In this document: piece after piece, positions 45,774 through 54,092 of the stretch | Layout of the letters: every line of letters begins with the position of its first letter | How positions within the stretch are numbered: position 1 is the first letter of the stretch | From: a virus | Lineage: Duplodnaviria; Caudoviricetes | IMG/VR virus record: IMGVR_UViG_3300032050_008197 | Coordinates: 1-63,295 of that record | DNA length: 63,295 nt | Strand: one strand, 5' to 3' | The notes under the pieces: generated by a model | What the model saw: only the letters and a program-made list of their open reading frames with translations | What the model was told of the DNA's origin: nothing | The model's database searches: none | Program-made: the position numbers and the translations under genes

Positions 45774-46492
45774 AACTGTTAATAGATGTCAATCAAATAT
45801 CTCAAGAAGAAGCAGAGCAAGGTGAAAGATTCAAAGACGCTCACGGGGTGTGGTTCCTTAAAAACAATAGTCAGGTAAGGGACGACACCTGGAAAGCGTT
45901 CATAAAGAAAGTTGGTGTTCCTGTGATAACAGAAGACGGAGCCTTCGATAGAGCAGAGCTAGCATCTACAGGCAGAGTAGGAGAAGCTAGGAGGCAATTA
46001 CTAGATCTAGGTTTAGACTGTAAGTTCTGTATGGTGTACGTAGAGAGACCTGATATTAGATTCTATGACGCTGACCTTAACATATATAAACCAGAAGCCG
46101 GCAAACCTATAATAGTTCTCTGCAGGAATTATGCAGGAGAGAATAAGGCAGCTATTAAACAGAACCTAAAGAACAAAAACTGCGGCGGCGTAGTATTTGA
46201 GCTAAAAGCCACAGGTGCTTGGGTCAATCAAATAGACTTAAGAAGAGGAATTAGAGACGTCATAACAGCCGGCAAGAGGTGCTTTGTACTACTAACTCCT
46301 CAACATCCCTCTATTAACTACAGAAAAGATATAGCCGGAGCTATTAGGCAGATTAAAAGATCTCCTCATTGGGGGAGCGATAAGCTCTATATAGTTCTCT
46401 GTGCTTATGAATTAGAGAACACCGGCATTACTTTCTTAGGTGGACCTAATTCTGTGGAAGGTGCTTATCAATATATAAGGGATATGAAATGA
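45770..46492 (+). CDS. Hypothetical protein
   Basis: 240-aa ORF, ATGA-coupled. Confidence 0.7.
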   Translation: MKLLIDVNQISQEEAEQGERFKDAHGVWFLKNNSQVRDDTWKAFIKKVGVPVITEDGAFDRAELASTGRVGEARRQLLDLGLDCKFCMVYVERPDIRFYDADLNIYKPEAGKPIIVLCRNYAGENKAAIKQNLKNKNCGGVVFELKATGAWVNQIDLRRGIRDVITAGKRCFVLLTPQHPSINYRKDIAGAIRQIKRSPHWGSDKLYIVLCAYELENTGITFLGGPNSVEGAYQYIRDMK

Positions 46493-46827
46493 TTAAAGAA
46501 TTCATTAAATGCTCTGTATGTGGATCAGAAACACCTAACGGGCCTTTTGGTACTATTGGAGATACATGGTTCTGCTCTGTAGAGTGCTTCGGTATCCTAG
46601 AAAATGAGAAGGATGTGCAAGCTGCGAATGAAACCCAAGTAGGAGGGAATCACTATAAAGATCAAACAATACAGCCTTGGGATTACATCATCAGTAACAA
46701 GCTTGGGTTCTTAGAAGGTAACATCGTTAAGTATGTTAGTAGATGGAGAAATAAGGGAGGAGTTGAGGACTTAAAGAAAGCTGAACACTATTTAAAGAAG
46801 TTAATAGAAACGGAGGAGAAATGTTAG
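46489..46827 (+). CDS. DUF3310 (nucleotide kinase-like, T7 gp1.7-related) protein with N-terminal Zn finger
   Basis: QVGGNHY...GFLEGNIVKYVSRW..KGGVEDLKKAEHYL. Confidence 0.85.
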   Translation: MIKEFIKCSVCGSETPNGPFGTIGDTWFCSVECFGILENEKDVQAANETQVGGNHYKDQTIQPWDYIISNKLGFLEGNIVKYVSRWRNKGGVEDLKKAEHYLKKLIETEEKC

Positions 46828-47051
46828 ACGAGAAATATAGAATAGGGACTAAGATATATTTAGTTACGAAGAGAAGGGATGAAGAAGCCATCAGTTTATA
46901 TGGACCTATCTCAGTAGAAAAAATACAAATATCCTCTGAGGGAGTTCTGTATTACTTATCTACAGGTGAGTGGAAGCATAAAACTTACGATATGTTTATT
47001 GATTTAGATGACGCAGTAGAAGCATTTAAAGGAAGGCTAGAGAAGAAATGA
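46821..47051 (+). CDS. Hypothetical protein
   Basis: GGAG SD. Confidence 0.55.
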   Translation: MLDEKYRIGTKIYLVTKRRDEEAISLYGPISVEKIQISSEGVLYYLSTGEWKHKTYDMFIDLDDAVEAFKGRLEKK

Positions 47052-49180
47052 TCAGCATAATTATCCCCACATTCGGCGACAATGAAAGAGTAACTAAGTT
47101 AAAAGACTCTGTACGAAAACACGAGGCACCTTTCCATGAAGCGCCTATATCTCATATGTATGAGTTTATTGTCGTAAACGATAACCCTAAGAAGGAGATG
47201 ATGTCAGTTATTAATAACGAAAAGAACCTCGGCTTTGCTGCGTCTGTTAATAAAGGAATGGCTGCAGCTAAAGGGGATATTATTCTGTTATTAAATGACG
47301 ACATCACAATCACAGCTCCATTCATCGACACCTTAAATGAGGCTTTTAAAGATCCAGATCTAGGTATAGCCGGCGCTTTGCTTGTATATCCTAACGGCTC
47401 TATTCAGCATGGAGGCATGGCATACAACGAAAAGTTAGGAAGCTTTTTGCATATTAAAAGCTTCAACAGACTACAAAGCAGGTACTGTATTGCTGTGACC
47501 GGAGCTTTCTTTGCTATAAGAAGAGAGCTTTATAACAAGATAGGCGGGTTGGATGAGAGATTCTTTCTAGCCTGTGAGGATACTAAGTACTGTCTAGATG
47601 CTTGGGATGCTGGATATACAGTAAAGTTTTTCAAAGAGCTAACAGCTATTCACGAGGAAGGGGCTACTAGAGGTAACACCCCTAAGAAGAAAAAAGATAA
47701 GCCTGAGTGGACGGAAGCTGAAGCTAAAGGAATAAAGGAATTCAAAGCACAGCTAGACCTCTCTAAGATAAGAGAGATAGAAAAGAAAGTTAAGAAACTA
47801 AATGCTAAGAACCTAAAGATTGAAGTAGGCTCAGGGTATAATCCCCAGCCTGGGTATTTACATCTAGATATAAGAGGAGGATTACCTCAACTAGATTATA
47901 TCTGTGACTTCGTTAAACAGAGACTGCCTTTTAATGACGGGGAAGTTTCTGAGATTCTAGCCAATCATGTAATAGAGCATATTCCTTTCAGGAAACTTCC
48001 TTTTGTAATCAGTGAGTGGGCTAGGGTGCTAACTCCTGGAGGCCGGCTAGTGCTAAGGACTCCTAATCTAAGGTTCATCTGTGAGCAATACTTAAAAGGT
48101 GAGACAACTCCTGAGTGGCCTGGAGATGAAAAGTTTATAAAGGAAAACTTATCTGACTCTGTAACGCCGGCTTGGTGGGCGAATCTTAAATTATTCTCTG
48201 GTCAAGACTACGATGCTAATTTTCATCATGTGTGTTTTGATGCAGAGATGCTTAGAGATCTATTAGGTAGGTACGGGTTTACAGATGGAAGAGTCACTGA
48301 TCTAGGAAAAGAGTATTCTCCTGGTGAGCTGCAGTTTGAATCTTTTAAAGCCGAGCCTAGAGAAATCTGCTTGCTTAAAAGACTAGGAGCTTTAGGAGAT
48401 GTAATACTAACTACACCTATTGTAGAGCGTCTGCATAAGGAAGGATATGATGTTTATATAGACACAATGTGTCCTCAAGTATTTACTAATAATCCTTACG
48501 TTAAAGGAACCTATTTAAATCTGGATAAAAAACCTAAGCCAGTAATCGCTAGGAGGGTAGACCTGGATTTAGCTTACGAGAAGAATCCTAAGATGCATAT
48601 CATAGATGCTTATTCTCTGGAGGCTTTTGGAGATACTAAGACTCCTCATGAGACCAATCTCTACGTACCTAATTATTTAGTAAGTAAAAACAATTTTATT
48701 CCATACATAGTTCTCCATATGGGAAATAGTTGGGAGAACAGAACTTGGTCTAAAGAGTACTGGAAAGAGCTACTAAAGAAACTTCTGTACAGTGGAGAAA
48801 AGATAATCATAGTCGGTTCAAAAGACGACTTCCGATCTGAAAGCTCTAGCATCACTAACTTAGTAGGTAAGCAAACTTTCCATGAGTTAGCAGAGACAAT
48901 TAGAAACGCTAAGCTTTTCATCGGGATAGACTCAGCTCCTTTTCACATAGCTGAAGCTGTGGACACACCGGCTATAGGAATATTCACTTGTGCTAATCCT
49001 GAGTTTAGATCTACTAAGAAAAGCACGTTGCCAGTTGTGCCTGATATTGATTGTAAGTTCTGTCTGCACGAAGAGAAGCCTCCAGTTACATGGTGTGGCT
49101 GTAAGCGTGGAGACTTCAAGTGCCTGGAGATAATTACACCGGATATGATTTATGAGAAGTATTTGGAGATGAAGGTATGA
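47048..49180 (+). CDS. Triple fusion: GT2 glycosyltransferase + SAM methyltransferase + GT9 (heptosyltransferase-like)
   Basis: ISIIIPT, NLGFAASVN, LLNDD, GGLDERF (GT2); IEVGSG, HVIEH, RVLTPGG (MTase); RLGALGDVILTTP, FIGIDSAPFHIAEA (GT9). Confidence 0.85.
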   Translation: MISIIIPTFGDNERVTKLKDSVRKHEAPFHEAPISHMYEFIVVNDNPKKEMMSVINNEKNLGFAASVNKGMAAAKGDIILLLNDDITITAPFIDTLNEAFKDPDLGIAGALLVYPNGSIQHGGMAYNEKLGSFLHIKSFNRLQSRYCIAVTGAFFAIRRELYNKIGGLDERFFLACEDTKYCLDAWDAGYTVKFFKELTAIHEEGATRGNTPKKKKDKPEWTEAEAKGIKEFKAQLDLSKIREIEKKVKKLNAKNLKIEVGSGYNPQPGYLHLDIRGGLPQLDYICDFVKQRLPFNDGEVSEILANHVIEHIPFRKLPFVISEWARVLTPGGRLVLRTPNLRFICEQYLKGETTPEWPGDEKFIKENLSDSVTPAWWANLKLFSGQDYDANFHHVCFDAEMLRDLLGRYGFTDGRVTDLGKEYSPGELQFESFKAEPREICLLKRLGALGDVILTTPIVERLHKEGYDVYIDTMCPQVFTNNPYVKGTYLNLDKKPKPVIARRVDLDLAYEKNPKMHIIDAYSLEAFGDTKTPHETNLYVPNYLVSKNNFIPYIVLHMGNSWENRTWSKEYWKELLKKLLYSGEKIIIVGSKDDFRSESSSITNLVGKQTFHELAETIRNAKLFIGIDSAPFHIAEAVDTPAIGIFTCANPEFRSTKKSTLPVVPDIDCKFCLHEEKPPVTWCGCKRGDFKCLEIITPDMIYEKYLEMKV

Positions 49181-49452
49181 CGGACGAGCGTAGGTGGGAA
49201 AAAGCTAGACTGCTTCATAGCTATTACGGGCTATCCAGCGTAGGAGTATATGGAAAGGATTTAGAAATAGCCTTACAGCACCATGATTTAGTAAGTGATT
49301 ATTTGATCAGACATCCTGAGATAGAACAGAAGTGGTGGGAAGAGGATGAGGCATGGAAAAAATACGATGCTAAAGTCGGTCCATGTCCTGAAGTAAATTA
49401 CGGATATTATCAAATATTAAATAGAGCAGAAAAGGAGAGAGATGCTGGTTAG
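49177..49452 (+). CDS. Hypothetical protein
   Basis: ATGA-coupled. Confidence 0.55.
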   Translation: MTDERRWEKARLLHSYYGLSSVGVYGKDLEIALQHHDLVSDYLIRHPEIEQKWWEEDEAWKKYDAKVGPCPEVNYGYYQILNRAEKERDAG

Positions 49453-50137
49453 CTTAATCACCCCTACGGGAAGCCGGCCTGAAGCTTTTGCTCTCTGCGA
49501 AAAGTGGATGAGTCAGCAGACTTATAAAGGTAAGATGCAGTGGTTAGTTGTGGATGACCATCCGGTCAACCCTGCTAAACTGACTCTAGGACAAGAGTTA
49601 GTCAAAGCTCCTATGTGGTGGAATCCTGAAGTAAATACGCAAAGACCGAACATGTCGGCACTCTTAGAAAAAGTTAAAGGGGATGTATGCTTAGTGATCG
49701 AAGATGACGAATTTTACGCTCCTGACTACATTGCTTCCATGCTGAAACTTTTAGAAGTCTCCCAGGTAGCCGGCCTTTCAAGTTCAAAATATTATCATCT
49801 CCACGCTCCAGGCTTTAAAACATTAGACAATACTAAACATGCTCCTCTCTGCCACACAGCTCTAAGGAAAGAAGCTCTGCCTCTCCTATATGAAGCTGTG
49901 CATAGCGGTCACTATTACTTTGACATAGAGCTTTGGAAGAAAGCGCAAGCAAGGGAGATCCCTTGTGCGTTACTGTCCAATACTACTCTGTCAATAGGTA
50001 TAAAAGGGATGCCTGGGAGAGCCGGCTTAGGCACCGGCCATGAGCTAGTAGGTTATCAGGGAGATAGAGATCTAACTATGCTTAAGAAGTGGTTAGGAGA
50101 GGATCATAAATATTATCTTCCTTTTATTAAAAAATGA
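49442..50137 (+). CDS. GT-A fold (GT2-like) glycosyltransferase
   Basis: VSLITPT..R, WLVVDD, IEDDEFY. Confidence 0.8.
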   Translation: MLVSLITPTGSRPEAFALCEKWMSQQTYKGKMQWLVVDDHPVNPAKLTLGQELVKAPMWWNPEVNTQRPNMSALLEKVKGDVCLVIEDDEFYAPDYIASMLKLLEVSQVAGLSSSKYYHLHAPGFKTLDNTKHAPLCHTALRKEALPLLYEAVHSGHYYFDIELWKKAQAREIPCALLSNTTLSIGIKGMPGRAGLGTGHELVGYQGDRDLTMLKKWLGEDHKYYLPFIKK

Positions 50138-50142
50138 AAAAG

Positions 50143-50186
50143 CAGGAACTTTTCCTGTTGACGTAAAAGAAATACTTACATAGACT
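50143..50186 (+). promoter_or_regulatory. Sigma70 promoter with an upstream inverted repeat
   Basis: TTGACG (50158-63), 17-nt spacer, TAGACT (50181-86); CAGGAA-ctt-TTCCTG abuts the -35. Confidence 0.65.
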
Positions 50187-50215
50187 GCGACAGTCATATT
50201 AAAACGGTAAGAACA

Positions 50216-50719
50216 ATGGCAAAAAACGATAATTGGACAACTCCTCAACCTCTTTATGACTGGCTACATGAACGATGTAACTTTAACGTAGATGCAGCAG
50301 CTTCTAAGAAAAACACTAAATGTAAGAGATTTTATTCTAAAGAGAATTCTTTTTTAGATATTCCTATAGATAAGCTAGGCAATCATTTAGTTAAGATAAA
50401 GGCTAGGATTTTTTGTAACCCTCCTTACAGCCTTGACATGGAATTTGCACAACGTCTTAGGTATTTAGCAGCAACGTACAGTATACCTTCTTATATTCTG
50501 CTGCCACAACGCTGTGATAGAATATGGTTCCAACAATTTAGAAACAGCAAGATTGTTAAAGAAGAACCTTTTACAGGCAGAATTCATTTTGGTAACGCCG
50601 GTAAAGGTGCCTTTATGTACAGTGTTGGAATGTTCGTAGGTTTTAAGGATGTTAAGGTCAGGAAATGGATAGACGCCGGCCAGTTCAATGAAGGCGGTAA
50701 AGGTGGAGCTACGTTTTAA
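50216..50719 (+). CDS. Phage DNA N6-adenine methyltransferase (Dam-like)
   Basis: DNWTTP, FNVDAAAS..N.KC..FY, FCNPPYS, GRIHF. Confidence 0.85.
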   Translation: MAKNDNWTTPQPLYDWLHERCNFNVDAAASKKNTKCKRFYSKENSFLDIPIDKLGNHLVKIKARIFCNPPYSLDMEFAQRLRYLAATYSIPSYILLPQRCDRIWFQQFRNSKIVKEEPFTGRIHFGNAGKGAFMYSVGMFVGFKDVKVRKWIDAGQFNEGGKGGATF

Positions 50720-50987
50720 TATGACATGTAATTGTTTGAAATGCAGAACCTCTGCCTCTACTCTTCCAGTAGGAGACGGAAGACATGTAGCAGATTGGAA
50801 TGGTAAAGCTGCTACTAGTTTAGTTATCGGTGGTCCAGATGGACTACCTATGATCATAGCTACTTTCCATGCAGACTCTACTTCTCTGTTAGTTGAGCCT
50901 TGGATGGTCAATAAAGCATTAAGAGTAGCTACAAAAGTTCTCGCTAAGTGTGTTGCTAACTATAGTAAAGATGAGCCGGTGAATTAA
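50688..50987 (+). CDS. Hypothetical protein
   Basis: ORF fills the operon gap; start uncertain. Confidence 0.45.
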   Translation: MKAVKVELRFNMTCNCLKCRTSASTLPVGDGRHVADWNGKAATSLVIGGPDGLPMIIATFHADSTSLLVEPWMVNKALRVATKVLAKCVANYSKDEPVN

Positions 50988-50988
50988 T

Positions 50989-51195
50989 ATGAACAATCCA
51001 TTTGAAGTGAAAAAGAATAAAGAGCTAGACGATGCTGAGAAGAAGCTTTTAGCTGAGCTTAAGAAAGTCTCAGGCCGGCAGAGGTTAACTGTGTATGACA
51101 TCTTAGAATGGTCTGCACAGAAGCTAGAGGCATTTGAGGGAGAGGTAACTTACTTTCTTCCTGAGTTAAAGATTTATGTGAAGGTAGAGGTATGA
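50989..51195 (+). CDS. Hypothetical protein
   Basis: Operon-consistent ORF. Confidence 0.55.
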   Translation: MNNPFEVKKNKELDDAEKKLLAELKKVSGRQRLTVYDILEWSAQKLEAFEGEVTYFLPELKIYVKVEV

Positions 51196-51196
51196 T

Positions 51197-51409
51197 ATGG
51201 ATTCAGAATTCAAAGAAAAAGTAACAGCAGCTTGCACTGAAATAGAGAAAACATTATTAAGGCAAAAACTTGAAACAGCATTTCGGTTGGGATTACGTAG
51301 AGGTATATTCGAATCAGTCAGACTAGATTTAGCTTATGTTCTTGATTTAGGTAATCCTCCTCTTTCTGAGGCTCAGGCTATTGAAAAATTAATGAAGGGG
51401 GAAGCATGA
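51197..51409 (+). CDS. Hypothetical protein
   Basis: GAGGT SD. Confidence 0.55.
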   Translation: MDSEFKEKVTAACTEIEKTLLRQKLETAFRLGLRRGIFESVRLDLAYVLDLGNPPLSEAQAIEKLMKGEA

Positions 51410-52647
51410 GCGAGAATGTAACAGATAAAGAACATCACCTCTACGGAGGCAGCTCGGCCAAGTACTGGTCTAACTGCTTCGGTTGGGCATCAATAGTTAA
51501 AGACATACCCCAGGAGCCGGCAGGAGAGGCAGCTCTTAGAGGCACAGCTCTACATACCGGAGTACTGGAGGTAAAAGTAAGAGGAGAGATTCAAAAACTC
51601 ACAGACGGTACTCCTGTTCTCCCTGACTACTCTATAATCCCTAACTGGCCGGAAGAGGGAGAAGCTTTAGCAGAGGAGTTCTGGACCTTACTATTTGAAA
51701 AAGAACTAGAAGGATTTATTACAGGTAAGCAGATATACATAGAGAGAAAGTTAATGCTCTCTCAGGAACTAGATGCCGGAGGAACGGCAGACATAGTAAT
51801 TCTTTACCATAACGATAAAGGAAAATTAGTAGCAGTTGTAGGCGACTGTAAGTTCGGACGCATCTCAGTAGACGCCGGAGATGAGCAGCTTAAATTCTAC
51901 CTCACTACTTTAAATAAATTAGCAAGAGAGAAAGGAAAGCAGATAGACGTATTCAAGTCTTTCATATATCAGCCGGAAACATTCCCTAACTGGAAAGAAC
52001 ATACTTTTACTAAGTCAGAGATTGAGAAAGCTGAAGCTAAATATAATAAGGCTATAGCCGAGAGCAAGAAAGAAAAACCTAAATTTAAAGTAGGTGACTG
52101 GTGTGAATGGTGCAAAGCTAGAGGAAGATGTGATGCCTATACTAAGCACTTAGATAAAGAGATGGAGCTGACAGTAATAAGAAACCAAGACCTTAATACA
52201 GTCCAGTTTATAAACGTAGCTGAGACTCCTACTGATACTTTAGTTAAGATCCATAGAAACAAAGCTAAGATTAAAAACTTATTCACTGCAGTAGATAAGG
52301 AACTTATCATCCGGCTAGCTAATGGTGAGAAGAATGATGAGATAAAAATAGTAGAAGGAGTTACTAAGAGAAAGTTTAAGGACACTGAGGAAGTAGTTGA
52401 TACAATGAAAGCTCATGGCGTTAATCCGTTTAAAGCAGCTCCTATTATGGGGATAGGAGACATGACTAAAGCTCTTATGCTTGCTAAAGACATCCCTAAG
52501 AAAGAGGCAGACTTAATTATTAATCCTCTTACAGTTAAGCCAGAAGGCCGGCCCAAAATCACTAGCATAGATGACCCTGCTCCAGCATTTAGCTTCTCAG
52601 ACCCTGCGAAGTTACTGGAGGGGTTAGACGATGATAGTGAATTTTAA
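51406..52647 (+). CDS. DUF2800 Cas4-like PD-(D/E)xK exonuclease
   Basis: GSSAKYWSNC, GTALH, GGTAD, DCKFG, QLKFY, WCEWCKARGRC. Confidence 0.85.
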   Translation: MSENVTDKEHHLYGGSSAKYWSNCFGWASIVKDIPQEPAGEAALRGTALHTGVLEVKVRGEIQKLTDGTPVLPDYSIIPNWPEEGEALAEEFWTLLFEKELEGFITGKQIYIERKLMLSQELDAGGTADIVILYHNDKGKLVAVVGDCKFGRISVDAGDEQLKFYLTTLNKLAREKGKQIDVFKSFIYQPETFPNWKEHTFTKSEIEKAEAKYNKAIAESKKEKPKFKVGDWCEWCKARGRCDAYTKHLDKEMELTVIRNQDLNTVQFINVAETPTDTLVKIHRNKAKIKNLFTAVDKELIIRLANGEKNDEIKIVEGVTKRKFKDTEEVVDTMKAHGVNPFKAAPIMGIGDMTKALMLAKDIPKKEADLIINPLTVKPEGRPKITSIDDPAPAFSFSDPAKLLEGLDDDSEF

Positions 52648-52681
52648 ATTGTATAAATAAAATAAGTTGATAAGGATTGAT

Positions 52682-53356
52682 ATGGCAAAGGATAATAAAA
52701 CAGTTAACGGGTTCACCTTACTAGTTCCCACAAAGGATAGACCTTTTAGCGGTATATACGGAAACGATATTGCGTCTCCGTTAGGTAGAATAGCATTCGT
52801 TAATTTAGCTACTCCTGCTGGAAGACCAGGAGATAAGCCTAAATACGGAGTTTCACTTCTTGTTCCTAAGAATGAAGGACTTAATGATAAGACACTTGAA
52901 CAGCAAGTATTTCATCTTAAAGAGATTCAAACTATGTGCAAACTTATGGCTCAGGATCTATGGGGAGCTAATGCAGAGGAGAATCTTAAAAAGATTAAGC
53001 GTGGATACTTTGGAGACGGAGATAGTCCATCTACAACTGGCAAGGTGTATGACGGATATGCCGGCACAAGGGTAATCAATGCTAGGAACGGAAAACCTCG
53101 TGGTCATAACCAAGGATGGAGAATACTGAATGAGGGTATGGAGCCTGAGCAGTTTGAGGCAGGAATGATATGTAGATTGACTCTTCAACCTTTCTTAAAC
53201 TCTGATGGGTATTCTTATTCCTTACGGGCTATCAAGTTCATCAAGGATGACGGAGTTAGATTCGGTGGAGCACCGGACCCTGCTTCAGTTATGGATCACT
53301 TGGATAATGCAGTAGCTGCTGTTAGTGCTAATCTAGGTGATATGACGGTTGCTTAA
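52682..53356 (+). CDS. DUF2815-type ssDNA-binding protein (probable start MAKDN)
   Basis: RIAFVNL..P...KYGVSLLVPK, GDGD, GYAG, LRAIKFIKDDG.RFGG; usual DUF2800-DUF2815-PolA synteny. Confidence 0.8.
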   Translation: MAKDNKTVNGFTLLVPTKDRPFSGIYGNDIASPLGRIAFVNLATPAGRPGDKPKYGVSLLVPKNEGLNDKTLEQQVFHLKEIQTMCKLMAQDLWGANAEENLKKIKRGYFGDGDSPSTTGKVYDGYAGTRVINARNGKPRGHNQGWRILNEGMEPEQFEAGMICRLTLQPFLNSDGYSYSLRAIKFIKDDGVRFGGAPDPASVMDHLDNAVAAVSANLGDMTVA

Positions 53357-53365
53357 TATCTGACA

Positions 53366-53402
53366 CCTGGAAAGACAGGATGCATGAGGATTCCTTGTGC
53401 AT
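53366..53402 (+). ncRNA. Two short hairpins opening the ncRNA array
   Basis: CCTG-GAAAGA-CAGG and ATGCATGAGG-att-CCTTGTGCAT. Confidence 0.45.
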
Positions 53403-53493
53403 GAAAAGCTCGGTACTGGACAACCCCCAGCAGTCAGTCTCATAGAGTAGATAGACTGTGACAAAGCGAGGGAAAATACCTTCGGAGCTTTTC
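53403..53493 (+). ncRNA. Unidentified multistem RNA, possible pseudoknot
   Basis: GAAAAGCTC/GAGCTTTTC closing GGTA/TACC, CTGG-acaaccc-CCAG, AGTCT/AGACT; loop CCC can pair with GAGGG. Confidence 0.5.
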
Positions 53494-53494
53494 G

Positions 53495-53587
53495 TGGACA
53501 AGGGAACATAGTTGCTACAGAGTTATCTTACCGTTATCTTTGTAATGCGTCAGGTTGTTTACTGACTCGTTCGTGTTTCCTTGTCCA
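53495..53587 (+). ncRNA. C4-like three-way-junction antisense RNA candidate
   Basis: 14-bp outer stem TGGACAAGGGAACA/TGTTTCCTTGTCCA; TACAGAG-[TTATCTTACCGTTAT]-CTTTGTA; GTCAG-[GTTGTTTA]-CTGAC. Confidence 0.6.
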
Positions 53588-53593
53588 GTTTAA

Positions 53594-53641
53594 TCTCCTG
53601 ATGAGCTGGCGAGATTCCAGCGAAACACTTAGGTGTCGAGA
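53594..53641 (+). ncRNA. Type I hammerhead ribozyme
   Basis: TCTC-CTGATGA-GCTGG-cgagatt-CCAGC-GAA-ACAC-ttag-GTGT-C-GAGA: complete catalytic core with a GUC cleavage triplet (cut after 53637). Confidence 0.88.
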
Positions 53642-53667
53642 AGCGCTACTCATATACAGCTGTTATG

Positions 53668-53777
53668 GCTTTGCCGAGCGAAAGTAGATAGCGAGGTTCC
53701 CAAGTGCTACGGAATCTGGGGTAAACCGCAAACGAGAGAGCACTAGCGGTGACAGGGAGGAGAGCACTCCCATTTTT
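53668..53777 (+). ncRNA. Unidentified structured RNA with possible kissing loops, ending in a terminator-like hairpin
   Basis: GGTTCC-[caAGTGCTac]-GGAATC and ACCGC-[..AGCACTa]-GCGGT have complementary loops; GGGAG-gagagca-CTCCC-ATTTTT. Confidence 0.45.
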
Positions 53778-53789
53778 AAAAAGGACTCT

Positions 53790-54092
53790 ATGAATATAAA
53801 TCCAGCAAGTGACGTACTAATAGTAAAAGAAATAACCCCTTCTGAATCCACACCCGCCGGCATATTCCTTCCTCCTAGCCACACAGAAAAAGATACCTTG
53901 ATGAAAGCTGTTATCGTAGCAGCCGGTCCAGGGAAGATTAATGCTAAAGGAGATATAATCCCTCACGATTTTGTAGTGGATGAGATAATTGTTTTCGAGA
54001 AAAGGAGAGCACTGCCGGTTACTTATGAAGGGGAGAAGTATATTTTCATAAATGCTTCTGAAGTTTTTGGGACTGTGGAGAAGGTTAACTAA
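53790..54092 (+). CDS. groES: Co-chaperonin GroES
   Basis: INPASDVLIV...TPAGIFLP...IVAAGPG...EGEKYIFINASEVFG. Confidence 0.9.
   Translation: MNINPASDVLIVKEITPSESTPAGIFLPPSHTEKDTLMKAVIVAAGPGKINAKGDIIPHDFVVDEIIVFEKRRALPVTYEGEKYIFINASEVFGTVEKVN

Noticed and set aside
53663-53884. Minus-strand 73-aa ORF over the ncRNA array and groES start
   Set aside because: Antisense to groES and to the structured RNA, with no supporting signals.
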